Origin: Octopus sinensis
Taxonomy: Eukaryota
Assembly (NCBI RefSeq): GCF_006345805.1
Contig: NC_043001.1
Span: 18,166,001 to 18,230,000, forward strand
Reading direction: 5' to 3'
DNA: 64,000 nt
Within the stretch, counting starts at the first letter, position 1. Every line of letters begins with the position of its first letter. Made by a program: the position numbers and the translations under genes. Below, one piece after another: positions 25,425 through 36,116 of this stretch. The notes below the pieces were generated by a model. It was not told the origin of the DNA. It saw nothing but the letters and a program-made list of their open reading frames with translations, and did no database searches.

Positions 25425-25609
25425 ATTTTGGTTCCGATACTGGAGGTGAAGAAAATGAAGAACTTGAGAGTGCGGCGAAAAAGAGTAAGAAAAGTCCATC
25501 TAGAAGCAAGACCAAAGAAAACAGAGAGACGACGGACAAAAAAGAGACTAACCGGAACCAGAACAAGCGTGAACAAATTGTGGGGTTACTGGGGAAACTC
25601 AGCCACACT
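25425..25609 (+). CDS. Exon D: acidic/basic linker and start of a TFII-I-type leucine zipper (...NKREQIVGLLGKLSHT)
   Basis: CATTTTATAG acceptor and ACT|GTAAGA donor, phase 1 to 0. The C-terminal EQIVGLLGKLSHT resembles the DEIITSLVSALDSM segment of GTF2IRD1 (recalled). Confidence 0.8.
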
Positions 25610-26693
25610 GTAAGATCCATTTCCATCATCATCATCATCATTATCATCATCAGTTGAAGCATTTGAATATTGCAATGTTTTTAAGAACCCCTTTAGAATT
25701 GTGTGATGAAATAATTGCTTAACCGATTGAGTCCTGTTGTTAATGTTCCTGTTTATGTTTGTTCATTAGCTCCACTCAGTTCTGTTCTGTGATAACAAAT
25801 ATTTTGGATGGGAACACCACTGCATTGACCTGTTGCTATTGTTTTGCATAAATCTTCATGTTGTTGTGGAAGCAAGCTGGTCTCAGATGTTCAAAACATG
25901 ATTTCTTCGGTCTTGGTGTTATGGTGTCATTGAGACCCAAAGGTGCCTTATGACTTAATTCTTCCTTTCACACCGTCTCCGATGAAAGGTCTTGGTGTTA
26001 TGGACATCTTAGACATACTACAGTAGCCGCAGGACAGTGTTGCCCTCTCCAGACCCATCGTAGCAGTTGGTCACAATGTTCATCATCATCGTTTAACGTC
26101 CGCTTTCCATGCTAGCATGGGTTGGACGAATGACTGAGGGCTGGTGAACCAGATGGCTGCACCAGGCTTCAATCTTGATCTTGCAGACTTTCTACAGCTG
26201 GATGCCCTTCCTAATGCCAACCACTCCGAGAGTGTAGTGGGTGCTTTTATGTGCCACCGGCACAGGGCCAGTCAGGCGATGCTGGTAACAATCACACTCG
26301 AATGATGTCTTTTACATGCCACCGGCACGGAGGCCAGATAGCCGCTCTGGCAACGATCACGCTCAGATGGTGCTCTTAATACCCTACTAGCATGGGGCTC
26401 GAGTGCCAGAAAGGTGATGCTGGTAATGATCACGCTCAAACGGTGCCTTTTAAGTGCCACTGGCACGGAAGCCAGTTTGCCAGTCTGTCAATGATCACAC
26501 TCGTAGTGTTGTCAGCTAATAAATCATTTGTCACTTATATTCTACTGTTGATGCTATTTACTGCAGTAATTTATTTTTATCTCATGGTAGCTATTTTCAG
26601 CTAAGGCAACCGATCATTTGCGAATCACACCTATCTTGAACATGAATGCAATGCTCTGCAGGTGGCTGGATATGAACCACCAACCACCCTGCT

Positions 26694-26985
26694 GGAGGCA
26701 CATGGCCTAGTGGTTAGAGCAGCGGACTTGCGGTCGAGAGATTGTGGGTTCGAATCTCAGACCAGGCGATGTGTGTGTTTATGAGCGAAAACACCTAAGC
26801 TCCATGTGGCTCCAGCAGAAGGTAATGGCAAACTTCTGCTGACTCTTTCGCCACAACTTTCTTTCACTCTTTCCTCCTGCATCTTGCAGCTCACCTGCGA
26901 CAGACCGGCATCCCGTCCAGGTGGGGGAACCTATATGCCAAGGAAACTGGCCCTTATGAGCCAGGCGTGGATCGAGAAGGAGCAA
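26694..26985 (+). mobile_element. tRNA-derived SINE (family 4). Related heads at about 53063-53295 (+), 45908-46045 (+), 63295-63432 (-), 17880-18120 (-)
   Basis: A-box TGGCCTAGTGG and B-box GGTTCGAATC followed by non-tRNA body; dispersed copies. Confidence 0.7.
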
Positions 26986-27319
26986 ACAAAACAAACAACC
27001 CTGCTGGTTGTTAGTTATCCTATCCACTTTGCCATCTACATTTTCATAAAAGAAATACAAACTATCACCCGGGGAATCCATGCAATGATCTTCTTTACCA
27101 TTTGTAACCAGAGTGCTTTACTATCTGAGCCAATTCCCCAACTGATAATGCTATGCCATAGACGCACTAACACTAAACATAATCATATATTTACTGAGAT
27201 TCACTCAACTTTAGCATTGGTTTGTTTGTTGTTTTTGTTCCTGTTCCTTTTTTTTTTTTTTTTTTTGTCATGTCTTCCTAATTAATTACTGAATTGTTCC
27301 TATTATAAATTATTTTTAG

Positions 27320-27461
27320 TGTTCATCATTGTCATCTCTTGGTGTTGAAACTGCCTGTCTAGCTGTCAACAAACCAGTTGTTTTCACACTAGGTAGTAAA
27401 TATGGTACAAACTTCCTTAAAAAAGAAAAGCAATTACAGAACAAATTTCTTGCCTACTTAG
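27320..27461 (+). CDS. Exon E: TFII-I family N-terminal leucine-zipper/dimerisation region (CSSLSSLGVETACLAVNKPVVFTLGSKYGTNFLKKEKQLQNKFLAYL)
   Basis: TATTTTTAG acceptor and TAG|GTTGGT donor, phase 0 to 1, 142 nt. Aligns without gaps over 47 aa to GTF2IRD1 [47 protein letters not shown] (recalled), with 20 identities by hand. Confidence 0.85.
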
Positions 27462-28357
27462 GTTGGTATTCATTTAAGATACATATTTTTTTTGTTCTTT
27501 TTGTTTTGTTTTTGCCTTGGATTGTAACAAAGGGACGGAGGAAGCATTTTTAATGTGTATTCTAGAACTAGCACCGCCTTTGATTTTGGAACTTGCACAA
27601 AACTAGAGTAATTAATTCTATGTGATATCTTCGTTTCTATTTTGTTGGTACTCTTTTACTTGTTTCAGTCATTTTGACTGCGGTCATGCTAGAGCACCGC
27701 CTTTAGTCGAGCAAATCGACCCCGGGACTTATTGTTTGTAAGCCCAGTACTTATTCTATCGGTCTCTTTTGCCGAACCGCTAAGTGACGGAGTAACAAAA
27801 TGAAGCCTAGTGTTATGAACCCGTGGCTGAACCAGGATTCTTGACATTAGGAATTAGCATTTTATTTAGCTTCTTTTGTTGAAAATTTTTTTTTAATTAC
27901 TGAGGTAAGAATATTTACTACTAAACTATTGACAATATATGCATAAGTTCAAATCTTACCAAAACCACTGTTATATACTCTAGGCAAGACTTATAACTCT
28001 ACTTGTCACAGTTAGCTCACCATTTCAATTCCTTGGGCCACTGCCTCCACCATCTTACCATTATTGCCATTATTTTGTGTAACAACTCTTCAGCTTTTAT
28101 CCTTCCTCTTCACTGTTTTGTCTCTCAGAGAAAAGAAACTATATCCAAAACATTAATGGCTTTATTTTTCCTCACTACAGAAATTTCCTTAAAAACGAAA
28201 AACAATTAACTGCATTTATTTATATTACTTATTTCCTTTGAATTATTAATAAAATAGTTTGTTTCATACAGCTTTAGTTATTTAATTAAAATCACTCACA
28301 CTATGAACTGTGATTTGTATAGACTAAAAATATTTTCTCTTCTTTTATTCGTTTCAG

Positions 28358-28435
28358 CCAAGGGCAAAGATCAGCCCAAAAACAATCGTAAGAAGCTTGC
28401 AGAAGAAGTGAAGGCCTTATTCAATGAGAAGTTTT
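28358..28435 (+). CDS. Exon F: start of a GTF2I (I-) repeat (AKGKDQPKNNRKKLAEEVKALFNEKF)
   Basis: TTCGTTTCAG acceptor and TTT|GTGAGT donor, phase 1 to 1. LAEEVKALFNEKF matches the I-repeat first helix (LRKQVEELFNEKY). Confidence 0.85.
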
Positions 28436-29099
28436 GTGAGTCCATTTTCATAACACTTTATTTCAGATTTATAAAAGAGTCACATACACACATTCAAATT
28501 ACATCTTATCATTTGGATGGTGGGGAGAAGGAAACATTCCGTGATGTTGCACTGATGTAGAGGCTCCTTCTTTAGTTATGAACTGTGACTCTGATTACCA
28601 GAAGAGATCATATTTGTTAACTTGGTGCTGGAGTCCTTAACCCTTTTGATACCAACCTGCCTGAAACCGCCGCTGGCTCTGTAGTACAAATGTCCTGTTT
28701 TCATAAGTTTTGAATTAAAATCTTCCACCAAACCTTAGTCACAATTTATGTTCCTAATACTAGCTGAATGATAACTAAGTTATTTTACTAAATTCTTTGT
28801 TATATTTAAAATTAATTGAAAGAAACACAGAGCATCTCAACAGAAATACAGTAAAAAAAGGGTTAAAGCAGTCTAGTGAATTCCCAGTATTGCTCTGACG
28901 ACTCCTGCATCTCAACACGGATACCATATCCTTTCTTTAGATTACATCAGTGTTGAAGAGAGTATGAACCTATTTCGGTTTTCATTTAGGCATATTGGGT
29001 CATTTGATAGTAAAGTATGCTTATATTGTATTATTCTACAAGGCTGCATTACTAGTAATCACTAAAATACCTATTGAAGGCTTAGCGAGCCTTCAATAT

Positions 29100-29468
29100 T
29101 GCAGAATCACCTCCCTCCGACAAGTCACCCTAACGTGACGTCTGCGTTAGCTGGGTCATGCCCTCCGTTGTTAGCCAGGAGAATTCATCTACGAAGCAAT
29201 TGCCCCAGCTCCCCTTCAGGGTTGGCGAAAGCGATGTGGTGGACAACGAAAAACCTGGCTGATGACAGTCAAGGCTGATCTGGAACCTAACCTAGGTCCC
29301 CATATCTACGGCGTTCGCCGCTGGAATAAGGAGTGGTTGGAGATCACGCGGTCGTTAGCCTCAAATTGCCAGGCCTTGTCGGCGTTTGTGAGAGATGCAG
29401 CATTGAGGATGTATGAAGCCAGCTCAACCCACCCCGGGTGCATGCTGTCTCAAGTCAAGTCAAGTCAA
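29100..29468 (+). mobile_element. RTE-clade LINE 3' end fragment with a (CAAGT)n tail
   Basis: Translates to (R)WLGHALRC*...GWRKRCGGQRKTWLMTVKADLEP...RRWNKEWL...SAFVRDA, then TCAAGTCAAGTCAAGTCAA. Confidence 0.7.
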
Positions 29469-29668
29469 AATACCTATTAGATTTGGTGGGTGGGATCCAG
29501 TTTTAAAAGAGAAAACGTTAAAAATATTTTGGAAGGAAAAATAGCTCCATTTGAAATTTCTGATCTTGGTTTTTGTATTTACTGAAATTGGTTCACCTTC
29601 ATATTAATTGCTGGTTTCCTTCAACTGTATTTACACACCCAATAATCTTGGCAATATTCAACTTTTAA

Positions 29669-29978
29669 CCCCTTACCCAACAATTATTTTGAAAAATAAA
29701 TGTATTTTTTCAGACATATTTTTTAATTGTTTTATTTTACTATGTTTTGAATGGTGATTTCGAGGTATATTTCAAACCTTATTTATTATGAATTTTAATT
29801 CAATAATATTGATTTTAAATTACCGCTTTGGGCAGAAACGAGTTAACCCGTTTTTAGACGAAGGAACTCGTTTGCTGACGGTTTTGGCGAGTCTATCTTT
29901 TGACGAGTTAACTCGCCAGAGATAGAAAAAAAACGATTTCGGTCAAAACGCATATATTCGTTTCTGCCGGGTAAGGGG
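29669..29978. mobile_element. piggyBac-type MITE (TTAA TSD, CCCCTTACCC TIR)
   Basis: TTAA|CCCCTTACCC ... GGGTAAGGGG|TTAA. Confidence 0.7.
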
Positions 29979-30069
29979 TTAAAACTGTTAATCTTCCACT
30001 TTCACTCTTCTCTTTATCTATATATCTATCTATTCTGCTCACTTATTTTCTTCTCCTTTTTGCTACCAG

Positions 30070-30247
30070 CTTTATGTTGCGGCAGTACTCGGACCATGCC
30101 ATATGTTAAACTGGAAAAAGATCCTATGTTTATCGACATTGAAGGCTTCCCGGATGGCATTATCCTAAAAAGACCACAGTCCTATGGAATATCGGATCTT
30201 CGGAAAATTTTAAATGCTTCTGAAAAAATCCAGTTTCACCTAAAGAA
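30070..30247 (+). CDS. Exon G: body of the GTF2I (I-) repeat (SLCCGSTRTMPYVKLEKDPMFIDIEGFPDGIILKRPQSYGISDLRKILNASEKIQFHLK)
   Basis: Long pyrimidine tract then CTACCAG acceptor; GAA|GTAAGT donor; phase 1 to 2. PY-x8-I-EG-x-P-x-GI-x3-RP-x2-YGI-x2-L-x2-IL-x5-I-x-F matches the I-repeat signature (VPY...[26 protein letters not shown]...IRFVIK). Confidence 0.9.
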
Positions 30248-31688
30248 GTAAGTTTTGCTGTTTAAATAAATATTTACCAAAATAATATTTGGTGTTTGGT
30301 AGGGCATCCAGCTGTAGAAACTATACCAAAGCAGGTATTGGAGCTTGACACTATACTCTGGCATGTCGGCTCCTCTTGAGTATGAAAAATAGACATTAAA
30401 TGACAATGACAACAACTACTACTATTACAACCATGACCACCACCCCTGCCACAGTTATTATTATAGTATTTTCTGTAAGAAAAGGTAGCAAGACTTGGGC
30501 ACCAAATGTAGAAGTTCTGCAGTGTCTTGAGGGAATTAATTTGTATATGATTCATTGTATAAATCTGACATGAAGCAGCCTTTTTCAAGGGGCCACATGA
30601 GAGGTGGCTCAACATTCGGCAGACCATGCCACTAAACAAAATTCAAGGTAATTTTTCGTTAGGTGTACATTCAGAGAGTCCTGTGAGCTGCAGTTTGTCC
30701 GTGACTGATGTCAATGTTAACTCACAGGAGAAACTAAGTGAAAATAGTGTACTCTTTTACTTGTTTCAGTCATTTGACTGCGGTCATGCTGGAGCACCAG
30801 CCTTTAGTTGAGGAAATCGACCCCAGGACTTATTCTTTGTAAGCCTTGTACTTATTCTATCGGTCTCTTTTTGCTGAACTGCTAAGTTACGGGGACATAA
30901 ACACACCAGCATCGGTTGTCAAGCGATGTTGTGGGGAACAAACACAGACACACAAACACACACACATATATATACATATACATATATACGACAGGCTTCT
31001 TTCAGTTTCCGTCTACCAAATCCACTCACAAGGCTTTGGTCGGCCCAAGGCTATAGTAGAAGACACTTGCCCAAGGTGCCACGCTGTGGGACTGAACCCG
31101 GAACCATGTGGTTGGGAAGCAAGCTACGTACCACACAACCACTCCTGCGCCCAAAGTACTGACAACATAAGCCAATGTGTACAAGACAATCAGGTGCCCT
31201 GATACAGACAATAAATGTTGAAGAGCAAGCTCTTTATTTAATCTTTATATTACATTTAGTGGACAGTAGCGTTGTTGGTTATATATTTCCAAAGGTGGCG
31301 AGCTGGTAGAAACGTTAGCACGTCGGGCGAAATGCTTAGTGGTATTTCGTCTACGGTTACGTTCTGAGTTCAAATTCCTCCGAGGTCGACTTTGCCTTTC
31401 ATCCTTTCGGGGTCAATTAAATAAGTACTAGTTACGCAGTGGGGTCGATATAATCGACTTAATCCGTTTGTCTGTCCTTGTTTGTCCTCTCTGTGTTTAG
31501 CCCCTTGTGGGTAGTAAAGAAATAGGTTATATATTTCGGAGTGGTTGGCGTTAGGAAGGGCATCAAGCTGTAGAAACTCTGCCAGATCAAGATTGGAGCC
31601 TGGTGCAGCCATCTGGTTCGCCTGTCCTCAGTCAATCGTTCAACCCATGCTAGCATGGAAAGCAGACATTAAATGATGATGATAAATA

Positions 31689-32201
31689 CCGTAAATCCTC
31701 AAGTATAGTCCGCCTTTGAGTATAATACACAGGGGATTTTTAGGGGGCTGTACCTCTGAAAAACCTAAACCTTGTGTATAGTACACACCCCTTCTCTAAC
31801 TTGAGTCAAGGAGGTCTATATAACGTCTTTGGTTTGTAAAACTGTATACGGTAACGTCCTTTATTATTATTGTATATATAACCTAATGCAAACGAGTAGC
31901 TTTTTTGTGCATTTTGTTTGCAGAAAATAAAGAAATAACAGTAATAACGTTTAATAAATGTTGCTTATTGCGAGTTATGGATGATTCTTTTATGACTTCA
32001 TTGCTTTCAGGCTTAGCTTAAGGTATTTTCACACCCAACATCAGAAAATGCGTCTTGAATAAACATTGCCAGACAGCAAATAGAGATTCGGACATTGCTT
32101 AGAAAATAATTTTCATTTTTAACCTCGTATATAGTATGCACTTGGGATTTTGATTTTTAAATTTTTGGGAAAAAATGTGGATTATACTCGAGGATTTACG
32201 G
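31689..32201. mobile_element. Tc1/mariner-superfamily (Tc2/pogo-like) MITE, TA TSD
   Basis: TA|CCGTAAATCCTCAAGTATAGTCC ... GGATTATACTCGAGGATTTACGG|TA, a 23-bp TIR with no ORF inside. Confidence 0.8.
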
Positions 32202-32532
32202 TATGTGTTGTATATGGAAGATGACAGTTGGGTTAATTATATGCTAAACCATCCATTTGGAAGAATTATGGAAAGAACCGGCAATAGCTGATCTCATGGG
32301 GCTGAACAACATGTAGGAGATGACGGAAGGTTGCAATAACTGGCAATACACTTCATGAGAGACGGATCTGTTCCAACTCAGTCAAACATGGAGCGGAGAA
32401 GTAATCATAAAAAGATAACCATGCGTAGGTTTTGTTTTATTCTTTCACTGGTTTTAGTCAGGTAACTTACGTTTATTTTTTAATTTACATTGATTGTTTG
32501 TTTATTTTCTGTTTGTTTGTTTGTTTGTTCAG

Positions 32533-32666
32533 TCCACAGCCAAACAAAAAGAAAGTCACTTCTAACCCGACGCCAAAGAAAGAAAATACGAGTACAGAAT
32601 CCACAGAGAACAATTTACCGCCTCCTACTTTACCTGCTCAGTCCAATGACACACAACCTAATAAAG
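32533..32666 (+). CDS. Exon H: P/T/S/K-rich disordered linker (NPQPNKKKVTSNPTPKKENTSTESTENNLPPPTLPAQSNDTQPNK)
   Basis: TTTGTTTGTTCAG acceptor and AAG|GTGAGA donor; phase 2 to 1, which bridges exons G and I exactly. Confidence 0.75.
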
Positions 32667-33726
32667 GTGAGAACTTTCAAACAGTACCTAACATAGCTTT
32701 TTTGCATTCCCTTGTTTGATCACCCAAAGCCGATAATGAGTGTGTGTGTATTTGTTCTCCATCACTGCTTAGCAACTAATGTTGGTGTGTTTGGGTGCCC
32801 CATAACTTAGTGGCTTCACAAAAGAGACTGATAAAATACATACCAGGTTTAAAAAAGTTGAGTACTTTGGTCAATTCATTCAACAGAAATCCCTCATGGC
32901 CATCATCATCACCATCATCATCATCATCATCATTATCATCGTTTAACGTCTGCTTTCCATGCTAGCATGGGTTGGACGTATGACTGAGGGCTGGTGAACC
33001 AGACTCCAATCTAATCTGGCAGAGTTTCTACAGCTGGATGCCCTTCCTAACGCCAACCACTCCAAGAGTGTAGTGGGTGCATTTACATGCCGCCAGTCAG
33101 GTGGCACTGGCAATGACCTCGCTCAAATGTTTTACACATGCCACCGGCGCGGGTGCCAGTAAGGCGATGCTGGTAACGATCACGCTCGAATGGTGTCTTT
33201 TACGTGTCACCGGCACGGAGGCCAGATAGCCACTCTGGCAACAATCACGCTCGGATGGTGCTTTTGGCACCCTACTAGCACGTATTGCTTTAATATCTCT
33301 AAATGTTTCATTTTATTCCTTAGTTTGGTCAATACTTTCCTCTTTGTAGTCTGACCCTTAGATAGAATAGAAATTTGTAGTCAACCTGATCCTTTTATTT
33401 TCTTTCCTCTATTTTTTTTTATCTATACATTTTGTATTTTGATTAATTGTATCTTGTCCGTCACTATATCTGTGGTTTTAGTTTTGTCTGTGAAAAGCTG
33501 GGAATGACACACCACTCTGGGTATATGTGACCAAACTGAGTGAAATTGTGAAAGGATCTAATCAAGAACTTATTTGAACAATCTCCTGAGGAGGCACATT
33601 CTACACCTTTGTTGTAAAATAATGAATATGCAACATCTCACCTATATATGACAGGTGTATGAATGCATTGAAACAATTGTAGTGATTTTAAATTCCATTG
33701 TTAATTTCATTTTCTTTGATTTGTCC

Positions 33727-34036
33727 ATATATATATATAAAATACAAAATGGGACAAGAACGCAAAACATCCGGACAACTAGGTGATACAAAAAGGGACA
33801 ACAAAACATCCAGATAGACGATACAAAAAAAACAAGGACAGGTCATTCGAAGTTTTCTATCTTCAGTCAAGAACCAGATTATCCTCGCAATTTCGGCTGA
33901 TTATTCTTGAGATTGCTCTAATCTGGACTTGTTTACTTGGTATCGTCTATCTGGATGTTTTGTTGTCCCTTTTTGTATCACCTAGTTGCCCAGATATTTT
34001 GCGTTCTTGTCCCATTTTGTATTTTATATATATATA
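33727..34036. mobile_element. (TA)n-flanked hairpin element with arms of about 95 bp and a CTGAAGA...CGAA motif in the loop
   Basis: Arms 33727-33824 and 33940-34036 are near-perfect reverse complements; minus strand 33845-33866 reads CTGAAGATAGAAAACTTCGAAT. Confidence 0.55.
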
Positions 34037-35279
34037 GCGCAGGAGTGGCTGTGTGGTAAGTAGCTTGCTTACCAACCACATGGCTCCAGGTTCAGTCCCA
34101 CTGTGTGTCACCTCGAGCAAATGTCTTCTACTGTAGCCTCAGGCAGACCAAAGCCTTGTGAGTGGATTTGGTAGACGGAAACTGAAAGAAGCTCGTCGTG
34201 TGGGTGTGTGTGCTTGTGTTTGTACCCCTACCATCAGTTGACAACTGATGCTGGTTTGGCAAAAGAGACCAATAGAATAAGTACTAGGCTTACAAAGAAT
34301 AAGTCCTGGTGCTCCAGCATGGCTGCAGTCAAATGACTGGAACAGGTAAAAGAATAAAAGAGTATATATGGACAAATCCAAGAAAATAGAATTATATATA
34401 TATATATATATATATATACATAAATTTATATAAATAAGGATAAGATCGCTAATTTAAAAATAAAATAACGATTTTATCAAGTGGTCAGCGTAGAAAAAAT
34501 AACCTTCAATGGTAATAATTATTAAAATTTATAAATTAGGGTATCTACAAGATACCACCATGCTGAAAATAGCAGCCATGATCTGACTCTAAAAACTAGT
34601 AATTTTTTACTAATTTCATCTTGTCTCTTTGTTTTCTCTCCATGTTGATATATGGACAATTTAGGTGGTTTTAGAGTCAGATCATGGCTGCTATTTTCAG
34701 CATGGTGGTATCTCATAGATACCCTAATTTATAATTTTTATATATATATACATATAGATAAATAGATATATATGCAGAGAGAGAGAGAGCATATTTCTTT
34801 TCCAACTATACCTACTTAACCACAACTAGCTGTATTTTTGTTTACACATATCATCCAATGTTTTGGAAAGATTAACATTATTTTGCTACATCGGAAAACT
34901 ACACAATTTCACTTTTTTTTCTTCAGAATCTGTAAAAATGATTAGTGATATCCTTAAACAAGGACTAGATTCTGTTGAGGGTGTAGACTGTTTTATACAC
35001 TTCTGTTTCATTGGGAATGCTACCAGCTCTTGTTAAATTGAATATCTTTGGAATCTCCATATAGCTTTTCCTTTTTGATAAATACATGTTCCTATTTCAT
35101 TCACAAATAGACCGAGGCTAACATTAACCCTTAACAACTCAATTTTTATGTGGAAAAAAGAAGAAATGTAGGTATAAAGAACCTTCTTATACTTTCTGAA
35201 AGGAAAAAGCATATGTTTGAACTTTTCTCAAAACTAAGGGTGTTGAGGTGTTGATGATATTTTTTGGTTTTTATTTCAG

Positions 35280-36116
35280 ACCTCCGAACAAAATCAGACA
35301 GTTTTGGTAATAGTGGCAACAAAAGGAATAATTCCACTCCTCCTCCACCTCAGCTTGAACCTGAACGTCCACAACTTGAGTTGAACATGGATTCAAAGAC
35401 TAAACCAGATCAAGTTCCAAAATTTGGTACAGTTGAGCCTCAGTTCTCAACGTTACCAAAAGCCTTTCAGACTTCAGGGAACACTCCAGGAAGTGAGTCT
35501 TTCTTACACAGTTCGTATATGACTACAAATTCAAACACGGGTTCCCAGGCACAAAACCCCAATAAATCCTTACAAATGAGACAAAGTGCTGCGTTTGGCA
35601 GCAAGCCCATTGTCACAAGCCCTGCATTCTTGCAGCACAGAACTACTTTCGGTTCTGGGAGCAGTCGCCGAAAAGCTCTAGAATTAGCACGCTCAGAGCA
35701 GAAAGCTCTGGAAGAGAAATCTAAAAAGGCTGTTGAGACACTGAAACCTGTTGAGCAGCCCAAGACTGATTTTCAGCAGAATTCGGACAGCAAGTCTGTG
35801 GCCAAATTTGACATCAGTTCAAGATCTGTTGAAGCTTCCAAATTTAAACCAATTGATTCAATGCAATTCAAACCTATGGAGAGCCCTAAGTTTAAGGGCA
35901 TAGAAATTGCTAAATTCAAACCTATAGAGAGTGCTAAATTCAAACCAATGGACAGTAAGTTTAAACCTGTAGAAACGACCAAATCTGACAAAAAATCTTC
36001 TGACAGTGTTCTTGTTGAAAAGAAAAAACCTGAAACACCAAAATCTCAAAAGAAAGAATCAGAAAACACAAAATCACAGAAGTCTAAAGATTCTGATGGC
36101 AAATCAGGAACTGAAA
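35280..36116 (+). CDS. Exon I: 837-nt disordered S/K/P-rich exon containing a short coiled-coil-like stretch (RRKALELARSEQKALEEK) and six KFKP-type repeats
   Basis: Longest non-repeat ORF in the window (35264-36130). TTTTTATTTCAG acceptor and AAA|GTAAGT donor, phase 1 to 1. Confidence 0.85.

Noticed and set aside
26694-26770. tRNA-like sequence with A and B boxes
   Set aside because: No complete cloverleaf or terminator, and it continues into a dispersed SINE body, so it is a SINE head rather than a tRNA gene.
27320-27392. Shorter version of exon E ending at CTAG|GTAGTA
   Set aside because: It is phase-compatible, but the GTF2IRD1-like similarity continues for another 23 aa to the 27462 donor.
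35840-35975. KFKP repeats read as SUMO sites
   Set aside because: The spacing is K-x-x-E, not the psi-K-x-E consensus.
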